A stretch of DNA of 64,000 bases from Rhabdothermincola salaria. Its GTDB lineage: Bacteria; Actinomycetota; Acidimicrobiia; Acidimicrobiales; Acidimicrobilacustridaceae. Below are positions 10,091-18,783 of the stretch, in pieces. Position 1 is the first letter of the stretch. The number at the start of each line of letters is the position of its first letter. The stretch lies in contig NZ_JAJQXW010000004.1 of assembly GCF_021246445.1 (NCBI RefSeq), positions 62,001 to 126,000 on the forward strand, in the 5' to 3' direction. A program made the position numbers and the translations under genes. The notes under the pieces are model-generated. The model had not been told where the DNA came from and ran no database searches. It was given only the letters and a program-made list of their open reading frames with translations.

Positions 10091-10295
10091 CTGTCGACTC
10101 CGGTCGGAGGTCTGACGCGCGGCTGGTCCAGGGGTTCAACGCCGAGGTCTGGGAGATGTGACAGGCCCCTCTGGATCAGGCGCCGGGCCGGTCCGCGGAG
10201 CCAGCTAGTTCCTCGTCCAGCCGGATCATGAGTGTCCTGTCCGACCCACCCACCACCCTCTTCCCTCAGCGAGCCGCGGCTTCCTTGGCCGACCC

Positions 10296-10787
10296 TCAGA
10301 GATTGCGTTCGAGGAACGACAGAGTCGTCTCACAGGGCGCGTAGCCGCTCTGAGCGGCGTGGTCGCAGATCTCCGCCGCTTGCGCGACCAGGGCCTCCAA
10401 CTCGTCGACATCGCCGTCGCCCCTGCGGACCATCCGCCCAGCGACCTGCCCGAACAACGTCAGTGACGAGAGGAGCTTCAGGTCATCAGGAGTCCCCAAG
10501 AGACTCCGGAGTTCCTGTCCTTCTCCCACCGTCCTCTTCCACACAGCTCGGGTGATGGTCCGGTAGTTCGGACCGAGTATCGGGTGGAGCAGAAAGGCCT
10601 CGGCTTCCGCTGGCGAGCGGATGGCGTAGCTGCGGGCGGTGTGGCTAGAGCCGAGGCCGTCGACCTGGGGGAAGACGAACCACATCCAGTGACCGGTCTT
10701 CCTTCCGCCTTCGATCTCTGCCAGTGCACCGGCGAACGTTCTGCGGTGCTCGTCGACGAAACGGCTCAGATCCTTCGAGCTGGTCAT
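10296..10787 (-). CDS. DUF1810 family protein
   Basis: LSRFV...ALAEIEGGRKTGHWMWFVFPQVDGLGSS...YAI...EAEAFLLHPILG; PDDLKLLSSLTLF. Confidence 0.9.
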   Translation of the reverse strand: MTSSKDLSRFVDEHRRTFAGALAEIEGGRKTGHWMWFVFPQVDGLGSSHTARSYAIRSPAEAEAFLLHPILGPNYRTITRAVWKRTVGEGQELRSLLGTPDDLKLLSSLTLFGQVAGRMVRRGDGDVDELEALVAQAAEICDHAAQSGYAPCETTLSFLERNL

Positions 10788-10937
10788 CCGTTCAGAATCC
10801 TCTCTTCGTCGCAGTGTCTGCCACGCCGATTCTGGACGTCATCATCGGCGCCCCGGTCACCGGCCGACACTCACCGAACCCCGCTCTGATGGTCGGCATC
10901 TCGTTGATGTCGGAATCTCGCCGGCTGCGACGTGGAA

Positions 10938-11261
10938 TCAGAACGTGAACCATTCGTAGCGAGGGTCGTCAGGGTCGTCCACCAGCTCGAGGGCATGCCG
11001 GCGAGCGCTGTGGGTGTCGTCGCCGTAGCGAGCTCGCCAGAGCCTGGCCTCCTCGATCTCGTCGGCATACGTCGTGCGGGTGCGCAGGTAGACCTGCTCG
11101 GGGGCGTCGATCTCGGCCAGCCGAGCATGGTCCCTCTGGATCGAGTCACGAAACTCCCTGTAGAAGGCCCACTCGACGGTGAACGGCGGGTAGGCCAGGA
11201 GCTGGCTGAGCTCGGTGTGGTGCTTGACGACGGCCTGCTGGAACTCCGCTGGGTCCGTCAT
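10938..11261 (-). CDS. Small hypothetical protein (107 aa)
   Basis: ATG at 11261 with upstream GGAG/AGGG; same strand as neighbours; coding-like composition. Confidence 0.55.
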   Translation of the reverse strand: MTDPAEFQQAVVKHHTELSQLLAYPPFTVEWAFYREFRDSIQRDHARLAEIDAPEQVYLRTRTTYADEIEEARLWRARYGDDTHSARRHALELVDDPDDPRYEWFTF

Positions 11262-11406
11262 GGTCCCTGTCTCCACTTCTCTGCACCGGCGGCACTGACC
11301 AGATTCTTGGGGGTCAGGGTAGGAGATGCCGTTTGATCACTGAAGCCTCGCTCGTCGGGTCATCACGCCCGTCAAGCAGGCACTCTCTCGACCCATCCGC
11401 CTCACC

Positions 11407-12531
11407 TCACTGCGAAGGGCTGCGAGTACGAGGGGACGGGCCGGGGGTGAAGGTGACTTCCTGGGCTGTCAGGTCGACGTGGTGGGCGTGCCACCCGGCA
11501 TCGAGGATTGCTCGTGCGACTGCACTCCCCTGGTAGCCGTACCAATGAGCGAGGTGGACTCGACACGAGTTCGGGAGCGCGACGCCCGTTGCTCGCTCGA
11601 CCTCCGCGAACGTCGTTCGGAACTCGACGGGCTCGTGTGCGACCAGCCATTCCCAGACCGGCCTGTAGCGACCTTTGTGGTCAGCCCTTCCAACAGCGGA
11701 GTCGTCGGTGAGAGCGGGACCGCCGCTACTCGCTCCGGTCGACCCCCTCGGGCCAGGCGCGTCAGCGTAGAGAAACAGGTCGCTCAGCGGATTGTGCCAA
11801 TTCTCGTTCAGCAGCGCGCGCCAGCTCGTTCGAGCGTGGGCCTCGATGTGGGCCGCAGCACCTTCGGTCGCCACGACCGCGTCGAACGCGTCATCCAATG
11901 GAACACGCACTATCCGAGAGTCTGCGACCGCAGAGAAGCCCGAGTGGACCGAAACGGCGTCGGGCAGGTGTGCGAGTTCCTCCGGCGTGGCGAGGACGGC
12001 CACCTCGGCGTCGCCATCGGCCTTCACGTCGAGCAGGGCGCGTATGCCGACGTTGAGCCGGAGAAGGGTGTCGGCGTCGGGGGCCAGCGTGACCCCCCAT
12101 ATCTCGCCGAGGTCATCGAACGACAGGTTTGCGGCATCGGCCACCGCGAGGCACGCATCGATTGCGGCGTCAGCGAGTTCGGAGTCGCAGAACAGCTCGT
12201 ACTTCTCCCGCTGGGCCTCGGTCGCGCCCGCAGCGTAGATCGCCTCTATTGCTGCGGTGCCCGGATCCTCGGTGAGCACTACCTCGTTGGCCTCGCACCA
12301 CGCCTCCACGGCAAGGCAAAAGCCGGCGAGGAGATCGTCGATCCACCTCCCCTCTTCGTCGGGTGACTCGTCGCCCGGGTCGACCGCTTCCTGGACGATC
12401 AGTGCAGGCCCGGCGCTCGCCGGTTTCGGCGCGCATCTCAGGTAGAACTCGAGGATCTGCTCGTTGTCGGGACGAGTCGGGTCGCGAATGTCCCACACGA
12501 CTTCGAGTTCGTCGCTGACCTCCTCGTTCAT
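11407..12531 (-). CDS. Hypothetical multidomain protein (374 aa) with C-terminal DUF7662-like domain, coupled to mcrC
   Basis: ATG at 12531 overlaps the mcrC stop (ATGA) with a GGAGG RBS. C-terminal GRYRPVWEWL...TFAEVERATGVALPNS...ARAILDAGWHAHHVDL...VTF resembles the DUF7662 pattern as I recall it. Confidence 0.65.
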   Translation of the reverse strand: MNEEVSDELEVVWDIRDPTRPDNEQILEFYLRCAPKPASAGPALIVQEAVDPGDESPDEEGRWIDDLLAGFCLAVEAWCEANEVVLTEDPGTAAIEAIYAAGATEAQREKYELFCDSELADAAIDACLAVADAANLSFDDLGEIWGVTLAPDADTLLRLNVGIRALLDVKADGDAEVAVLATPEELAHLPDAVSVHSGFSAVADSRIVRVPLDDAFDAVVATEGAAAHIEAHARTSWRALLNENWHNPLSDLFLYADAPGPRGSTGASSGGPALTDDSAVGRADHKGRYRPVWEWLVAHEPVEFRTTFAEVERATGVALPNSCRVHLAHWYGYQGSAVARAILDAGWHAHHVDLTAQEVTFTPGPSPRTRSPSQ

Positions 12532-13754
12532 GCTGCCTCCTGTGCTGAGTGCCCGCATCGGTGCGCGATCCAGTCCGCCAATGTGACGACCTCTGCCTCG
12601 AGCTCTCGATGTGAGCCGGCCAGCGGAACGCGGTAGGTGTGAAGCAATGTCCCAGCGGTCGTGGTTCTCACCGTGTGCACACGAGGCGCATCGGCGGGGC
12701 TGTCCGGGTCCTCGGCATAGATGAGGATTCCTTCGTCGAGGCCCGTCACCGTGGAGTAGGTGAGCAGCTGCTGGTAGTCGCCCATCCGAGCGGCTCCGGT
12801 CGAGAGCTTGTACTTCACGTCGCCTACGTAGACGCGAACGCTGTGTCGCTCGAAGGTGAGGTCGGGAAGCAGTGTCAGCTTGCGGGAAGGACCAGCGATG
12901 GTCTGACCCAGCGGAACTGACGGCTCGGGGCGCACGGTCAGCCGGCCGCGCAGCGCCGTCGTGAGCCGTTGAGTGACGAACGCTTGGAACAGGGCGGGCA
13001 TGTCGACGAGGAATGTGGCGCCCCGGGAAGAACCGTGGCGATCAGCTAGCGAGAGGTTCTTCATGATGAGCTGAGCCAGCTGCACTGAGAACCGGTAGTG
13101 GCGATCGAGCCGCCCGGGTCGCCACCTGTCCATCGCCGTTGCTTCGACCGGGACACGCGTTACCTCGTCGAACCGGTTCATCAACCGCAGTAGGTCGGCC
13201 CGTAGTGGGGCCGGGAGGCCAGGCACACGACGGACCCGTTCGAGCGCCGCCACCAGGAACTGGTTCAGGGGCACGTCGGAGGTGAACTCGTCGAATCGAC
13301 ACGCCATGGGCGACGGCATGGCCGGCCGCCGGAGCTGCGCGGCGATGTCGATCCGGCCTCTTGGTGCAAGGAGACGGTCTTCGGTGTGGCGGTAGCTCCG
13401 ATAGACGCCCCGGGCGGTGGCATCCTCCACCGCCCGGGCGAACACGGCAGCCATGGCGCCGAGCACGCCCAGGTCCTTGCCGAAGTCGAAATCGAACTGG
13501 CCGAAGTCAGGCAGCTTCACCCCCAGCAGGTAGAAGAGATTGCGGAACGGGACTTTGGGCCGAATGAGCACCGCCTGATCGCCCGCGACCACCGTGCCCA
13601 CCTGGGAGTCCGCCTTGAGGTCATACGCCCCGGGCTCACCACCGATGCTGACCGACAGCGCCTGCCCGCCGGCTCGACGCAGATCGACTGCTTGCTCCTG
13701 GGTCAGGGCAACCTGCTTGCTCTCGTACTCCAGGAGTTCGATCAGCTGGGTCAC
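12528..13754 (-). CDS. mcrC: McrC-family PD-(D/E)XK restriction endonuclease subunit
   Basis: IRPKVPFRNLFYLL, PRGRID, FDEFTSDVPLNQ, FLVDMPALFQ, LPDL...GDVKYK...DYQQLLTYS; GTGA overlap with mcrB. Confidence 0.85.
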   Translation of the reverse strand: MTQLIELLEYESKQVALTQEQAVDLRRAGGQALSVSIGGEPGAYDLKADSQVGTVVAGDQAVLIRPKVPFRNLFYLLGVKLPDFGQFDFDFGKDLGVLGAMAAVFARAVEDATARGVYRSYRHTEDRLLAPRGRIDIAAQLRRPAMPSPMACRFDEFTSDVPLNQFLVAALERVRRVPGLPAPLRADLLRLMNRFDEVTRVPVEATAMDRWRPGRLDRHYRFSVQLAQLIMKNLSLADRHGSSRGATFLVDMPALFQAFVTQRLTTALRGRLTVRPEPSVPLGQTIAGPSRKLTLLPDLTFERHSVRVYVGDVKYKLSTGAARMGDYQQLLTYSTVTGLDEGILIYAEDPDSPADAPRVHTVRTTTAGTLLHTYRVPLAGSHRELEAEVVTLADWIAHRCGHSAQEAA

Positions 13755-16573
13755 CCCAGGTCCTCGGCCGGAAGCGCTGGCGAGCCAGCAGTGACTGCCC
13801 CGCCCTCAGGCTCGACGACCCCAGCGACGGCGGCCTGTGCTCGATACCGGGACAGCACCGACGGCCAACGAAAGTCTCTGATCTGCGTGTCATCGCCGTA
13901 GAAGAGGTCCTCGATCCACGGGTCGATGTTGTACTTCCAGATCTTGGCCATCTGCGCTTCGTCGAGGCCGGCTCGCATGAAGTGGCTGTGGCCGATGAGC
14001 TGGTCGCCGTTTCCGAGTTCCGTCCTGAGCTCGTCGTTCACCATCGCCACGACGTCAGCCCACGTCGTGTCCCCCTCGACCGCCTCGAGGTAGCGCTCCA
14101 GGACGCCCTCCATCGGTCCATCGTCGGGGAAGATCGGAACGAAGTGGAAGCGTCGCCGCAGCGCCGCGTCGAGGCTGGCGATCGAGCGGTCCGCGGTGTT
14201 CATGGTGGCGATGATCCAGAGATTGCCCGGGAGAGCGAATCCTTCGGGCCGATAGAGCGGGACCACCGTCTCGTCTCGGTACTCGAGGAGGAACAGCAGC
14301 TCGCCGAACACCTTGGGCACGTTCGCCCGGTTGAGTTCGTCGATCACCAGAAGATGCCGTTTCGAGTCCTGCGCTGCATGCTCAGCGATGCCCGCCAACG
14401 GGCCGGCCTGGAGCTGGTAGCTGAGGTTCCCACTTGCGTCGGCGACCGGGCGATAGCCCTCGAAGAAGTCCTCGTAGGACGTCGAGGGGTGGAACTGCAC
14501 GAAGCTCCGCCGCTTGTCATCGGGCGCCAAAGCCTCCGCCAGCTTGCGGGCAAGGTAGGTCTTCCCCGTTCCGGGCGGGCCATAGAGGACGATCTGACGC
14601 TTGTCGTCGAGGAGCTCCACCAGCTCCTCCAGCCACGACGTGTTCGGCAGGTGGCACTCCTTGGCCACTCGCTCGAGCGGGTCTTCAACCGTGGCTCCCT
14701 CGGCGAGCCGGTCCCGCAGCCAGAACGCGAACACCATCTGACCCCACGGGTCATCTGGCAGGAACGGATCGAAGAGTGCCCGCAAGGCGTCGTTGGCCTG
14801 GACCTGTCGCGTACCCCGAGAGAGCCTGGGATCTGGCACGTCGCGGCCCAGCGCGTTGAGTATCGCCGCCTTTCCGTTGTCCCCCCGCAGTGGGTACACG
14901 GGGATGAATCGCTCGGGGTGGGTGAGAGCGAGCATCTTCATGATCACGCCCTCGCCGAGGCCCTTGAGCCCGAGGTCGTCCGGGTCGAGGAGACGGTCGA
15001 TTCGATCCTCGACCGGGGCATCGCCCCACAGCAGGACGTCGAGGGCCTTCATCATGCGGTCGACCATGGCCGGGCTGGCGTTCATGAGGGTCGTGTTGAG
15101 GATGGATTGGAACCCTGGAAAGCCGTAGTGACTCGAGTTGTAGATGCGGCGGAAGTCGTCGAGCTCGAGGTCGAGCAGTGCACTCGGCTCGAGAAGAGCG
15201 GCCATCGAGTCGCGGTGGAGCTTCTGGTCTTGGTCCTTCGGCGTCGGGTAGCTCGTCTCGACCAGGAACTCCTGGAACAGTGCCGCCAACTTCTCGTCGG
15301 GCGGGTTCGTCGGCTTATCCGGCCCGGAGCGCTCACCCGCCGCGAGGTCCATGAGTCGGCCGAGGGCCGGCTGCAGCTGGGCGGCCACCCTCACCACCTC
15401 GTCGGCGAACGCAGGGTCGCCCAGTACAGACGAGCCCTGGAAGCCCTTCCCGAGCATGAACTCGCCATCTTCGGTTGGTTCCTGGATCCCACCGCCGCCC
15501 CACATCCCGGTCATGTTGATGGGAGCAAGATCGGGGAGATCGAGGTCGGCGAAGGCTTCGCGCACCTTCGGGAACCAGCCCGCACCCTTCCTTCCGGGGT
15601 AGAGGCCGACCAGCGCTCCGTCAACTGTGACGAAGACCCGGATTCCGGGGGCCCAGGTGAAACCCTCGACCTGCTTCGGCCGCCAATCGACCCAGGCATT
15701 TGCTCGATAGCGGACGGGCGTCCACTTCTCACTGCACACGGCCCGACGCAGCGGCCGCCCTGCCGCGTCGCTGACCGCCGACTCGAGGACGTCGCCGAGG
15801 ATGCGGACGTCAGCGACCACGGCCGCCGCGTTCGCTCGAGCCAGTTCCTCGAGGCCGTCGGGATACTCGGTTTCGGCATCCTGGTTGAGTTCCATCCCCC
15901 ATCGGAAGCGGTCTTGGAGCGTCAGGTCCAAGCCGACCCAGGGATTGGCGTTGAACCAGTAGAGGGCGCTCTCGACGGTCCAGCTGTCACCCAATGCCAA
16001 GGAGAGCTCCCGAAACGACTGATACAGCTCGGTGAGCTGAAGGCCCATGTCCAGCCAGCCGAGCCGGGTGAAGGACTTCTCCGCACTCGCCCAGAGGCAG
16101 GGCCAGGTGTCGGCGTCCTGCAGGAACCAGAAGAAGGAGGCGAAGAACAGCGCCCGCTTGGGGCCCGGGTGTGCGCCCTTCTTGATCGACTCGACGTAGC
16201 GGATGAAGCGGTCGAGCTTGGCGATGGCGTCCGCCTCGCTCGAGGGCACCGCCAGCACGTGGATGAGCAGCTCGGTGAGCGCGTCCTCGTCCTGGCTCTG
16301 CTTCACCAGCTGGTTGACGAACATTCCGCCGGTGACACCAGCGAGCCCCTCATAGCCCGGCTTCTTGGTCCAGTCTGCGAACGAGCTCTGGAACTCCGTG
16401 ATCGATCGGTCGGCTCGCAGAGCGTCGACGATCTGGAGCAGCTCCTCGGCGCGCTCGCGCCGATGTTCGGCGCTGATCTCGCGCTCCGCCATGTATGCCG
16501 CATCGGCATGCATGGCCTCGACGATCTGGACGAACCGGGTCCTCCGGAAGCCGAGTTCCTCTTCGTCGATCAT
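13751..16573 (-). CDS. mcrB: McrB-family AAA+ GTPase with long multidomain N-terminus (940 aa)
   Basis: YGPPGTGKT, FVQFHPSTSYEDFFEGYRP, IDELNRAN...FGEL, McrB signature TMNTADRS, DAALRRRF; ATG at 16573 with a strong RBS AAGGGGAGGAG. Confidence 0.9.
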   Translation of the reverse strand: MIDEEELGFRRTRFVQIVEAMHADAAYMAEREISAEHRRERAEELLQIVDALRADRSITEFQSSFADWTKKPGYEGLAGVTGGMFVNQLVKQSQDEDALTELLIHVLAVPSSEADAIAKLDRFIRYVESIKKGAHPGPKRALFFASFFWFLQDADTWPCLWASAEKSFTRLGWLDMGLQLTELYQSFRELSLALGDSWTVESALYWFNANPWVGLDLTLQDRFRWGMELNQDAETEYPDGLEELARANAAAVVADVRILGDVLESAVSDAAGRPLRRAVCSEKWTPVRYRANAWVDWRPKQVEGFTWAPGIRVFVTVDGALVGLYPGRKGAGWFPKVREAFADLDLPDLAPINMTGMWGGGGIQEPTEDGEFMLGKGFQGSSVLGDPAFADEVVRVAAQLQPALGRLMDLAAGERSGPDKPTNPPDEKLAALFQEFLVETSYPTPKDQDQKLHRDSMAALLEPSALLDLELDDFRRIYNSSHYGFPGFQSILNTTLMNASPAMVDRMMKALDVLLWGDAPVEDRIDRLLDPDDLGLKGLGEGVIMKMLALTHPERFIPVYPLRGDNGKAAILNALGRDVPDPRLSRGTRQVQANDALRALFDPFLPDDPWGQMVFAFWLRDRLAEGATVEDPLERVAKECHLPNTSWLEELVELLDDKRQIVLYGPPGTGKTYLARKLAEALAPDDKRRSFVQFHPSTSYEDFFEGYRPVADASGNLSYQLQAGPLAGIAEHAAQDSKRHLLVIDELNRANVPKVFGELLFLLEYRDETVVPLYRPEGFALPGNLWIIATMNTADRSIASLDAALRRRFHFVPIFPDDGPMEGVLERYLEAVEGDTTWADVVAMVNDELRTELGNGDQLIGHSHFMRAGLDEAQMAKIWKYNIDPWIEDLFYGDDTQIRDFRWPSVLSRYRAQAAVAGVVEPEGGAVTAGSPALPAEDLG

Positions 16574-16632
16574 GTTCGTCTCCTCCCCTTGTCGCTCACG
16601 TCGTCGCAGCATCGACTGACCGTTGGCATGGT

Positions 16633-18783
16633 TCAGATCCCCAAGACGGGGGTGAGAAAGCGACTCGGAGAGCCGGACCACGCCACCCAGAGGTCGTCGC
16701 GAGCTCTCGTCGAAGCGACGTAGAGAAGCGAACGCTCTCGGCGAATCTCGGCCTCATGCTGCACTGGGTCCTCGGACTCGGGCGTGAGGAACTTCGGGTT
16801 CGGGAGCTCGTCGGAGGACGCGTCGATCACCGCAACGCAGCGGTACTCGAGGCCCTTCATCCGGTGCATCGTGCCGATGGCCACACCATCGGACGCGCTG
16901 AGGTCGGGGCCCAACTCGAACGCCAGCACCCCCACGTCCCGGAGGGCTCGCTCAACAGCAGGGAACGTCCCCTTGGTCCGAGCCGCGATCCCGATCGCAG
17001 ACTCGTCGACACCCTCGGCGATCCATTGCTTCACACGCTCGGCGAGGCCTTCGATCATCTCGCCTCTAGTGGCGAAACCCACGCACGTCGGGACCGCGCC
17101 GTCGAGGAAGCTGTGGTAGCCGGCGACGTCCTGGTTGTCCGTCCCTTCGTCGAGGTCGTCGTACTCGCCTTCGCCGAGCACGGCGAGCGACCACCGCAGG
17201 ATCTGGCGGGTGGTCCGGTAGTTGATCTTGAGCTTCTTGGAGCGGCCGCGAATGTTGATGCCGACCTTGCTGAGCGAGCTGCGCCGGCCGTAGATGCGCT
17301 GGTGGGAGTCACCCACGATGAACAGGTCGTTCTCGCCTTCCCCCACCACCGCACGCAACAGCCGCCACTGCGCCTCGTGAAGGTCCTGGGCTTCGTCGAC
17401 GATCACGTGCTGGTACGGCTTGATCTGCTCCTGCTCCATGTAGCCCGCCGCCTTGGCCGCCACCTGGAGGTGGGTGCGGACGTTGCGTGACTCCATCTCC
17501 CGGGTTGCCGCCTCGATCACCTTCCACACCTGGGCCCGCTGCTTGCGGTCCAGCCGGGTGCCTCGGCCGGCTCTGCTCGCCCGGAAGTACTCGTCGCGCG
17601 AGTCGAGGCCCTGGGCCAGGACGACCTGCTCCCATTCCTGGAGCACGAACGTCGGGGTGAGGTCATAGCCGAGCTCGAGGATCTTCTCGTCCCAGAGCTC
17701 GAGGAGCCGACTGTCCTGGATGATCTGAGGCGCTGACCCCTCGATGTCCTTCACCATTTGGTTGGCCAACCGGTCGACGTTGACGACGTCGGTGACGTCG
17801 AGCAGGTCGGAGCCGCCGAGGAGGCGGAGGTCACGCTCGATCGCCTGGGCGAGGTTCCGGGTGAAGGTGGTGAACAAGATCGGCCTCGAAGTGGAGCCCT
17901 CGAGGTTCTCGGCCAGGGCCTTGGCCCGGTGCATCGCCACGACCGTCTTGCCCGTGCCGGCGCCGCCCGTGACGCGGGCCGGGCCGTTGTAGGTGGGCCG
18001 GTAGGCGATCTCGTGCTGGGACTGGTGCAGATAGGTGCGCCATTGGGCCAACGGACGGGCCAGCATCTCGGCGAGGTCGTCCTCGTCGGTGACGACGTGG
18101 AAGTGCGCCCGCGAGGCCGGCGCGACGATGGCGGCAGCGAGGTCGTCGGTGTCGATCTCCTCAGGGTCGATGTTTCCCGCCACCTGGGCGTAGATGACGT
18201 CCACCGACTCGTCGCCCGTCAGGAGGATCAACGCCTCAGCCTGCCCCTGAGGCAACACGAGCATCAGGGCTTCGAGCTGCGACTCGTCATCCATCACCCG
18301 CAATAGAGGCAGCATCGATTCGTCGATACCGAGCTGAGTGAAGTCCTTGTCTTTGCGATGGTCGTACAACAGGGCCGCCGGCTCGGGAGTGGCAGCCACT
18401 CTCTGTCCGACAGCTTCGATCTGCGAAGCGATCGCGCCGGCGTCGAACACCTCCAACGCCCCGGTAGCGGCGTTCACCTTGAACTCGTTGTTGAGCATCC
18501 AGCGGTCAGCGTCGTCGTGGGTCATCACGTCGACGAGCACCACCCGGTCGGACCCGTCGGGTACGAGGACGATTCCGCGGTGGTTGTCACCGAGCCGGAT
18601 CGTCCTCGCCCGCTTGTCCTTCTGGTGCTTGTAGGTCTCGAGGTGGATGCCCTTGGCCTGGTTGAGCTCGGCCATCGACAGGAGCCGGCACTTCCCGGCC
18701 AGGTCGTGCACCCGGTTCTGGATGACGCGGTCCAGCTTCGAATAGTCGGAGAGGAACTCGCGTGCCACGGCCAGCGTCGCCAT
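16633..18783 (-). CDS. UvrD/Rep-type SF1 helicase with N-terminal RelE/ParE-like domain (716 aa)
   Basis: TGGAGTGKT, FTTFTRNL, VDEAQDL, VGDSHQRIY, NYRTT, TMHRMKGLEY, LLYVASTRAR. Real start is ATG at 18783, overlapping the upstream stop (TGATG). Confidence 0.9.
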   Translation of the reverse strand: MATLAVAREFLSDYSKLDRVIQNRVHDLAGKCRLLSMAELNQAKGIHLETYKHQKDKRARTIRLGDNHRGIVLVPDGSDRVVLVDVMTHDDADRWMLNNEFKVNAATGALEVFDAGAIASQIEAVGQRVAATPEPAALLYDHRKDKDFTQLGIDESMLPLLRVMDDESQLEALMLVLPQGQAEALILLTGDESVDVIYAQVAGNIDPEEIDTDDLAAAIVAPASRAHFHVVTDEDDLAEMLARPLAQWRTYLHQSQHEIAYRPTYNGPARVTGGAGTGKTVVAMHRAKALAENLEGSTSRPILFTTFTRNLAQAIERDLRLLGGSDLLDVTDVVNVDRLANQMVKDIEGSAPQIIQDSRLLELWDEKILELGYDLTPTFVLQEWEQVVLAQGLDSRDEYFRASRAGRGTRLDRKQRAQVWKVIEAATREMESRNVRTHLQVAAKAAGYMEQEQIKPYQHVIVDEAQDLHEAQWRLLRAVVGEGENDLFIVGDSHQRIYGRRSSLSKVGINIRGRSKKLKINYRTTRQILRWSLAVLGEGEYDDLDEGTDNQDVAGYHSFLDGAVPTCVGFATRGEMIEGLAERVKQWIAEGVDESAIGIAARTKGTFPAVERALRDVGVLAFELGPDLSASDGVAIGTMHRMKGLEYRCVAVIDASSDELPNPKFLTPESEDPVQHEAEIRRERSLLYVASTRARDDLWVAWSGSPSRFLTPVLGI

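Noticed and set aside
13982..16723. 913-aa plus-strand ORF (also 6360-8876, 21012-22976, 27011-29149, 42668-44644, 46871-48715)
   Set aside because: Antisense shadows of well-supported genes, expected in high-GC DNA; no recognisable motifs.
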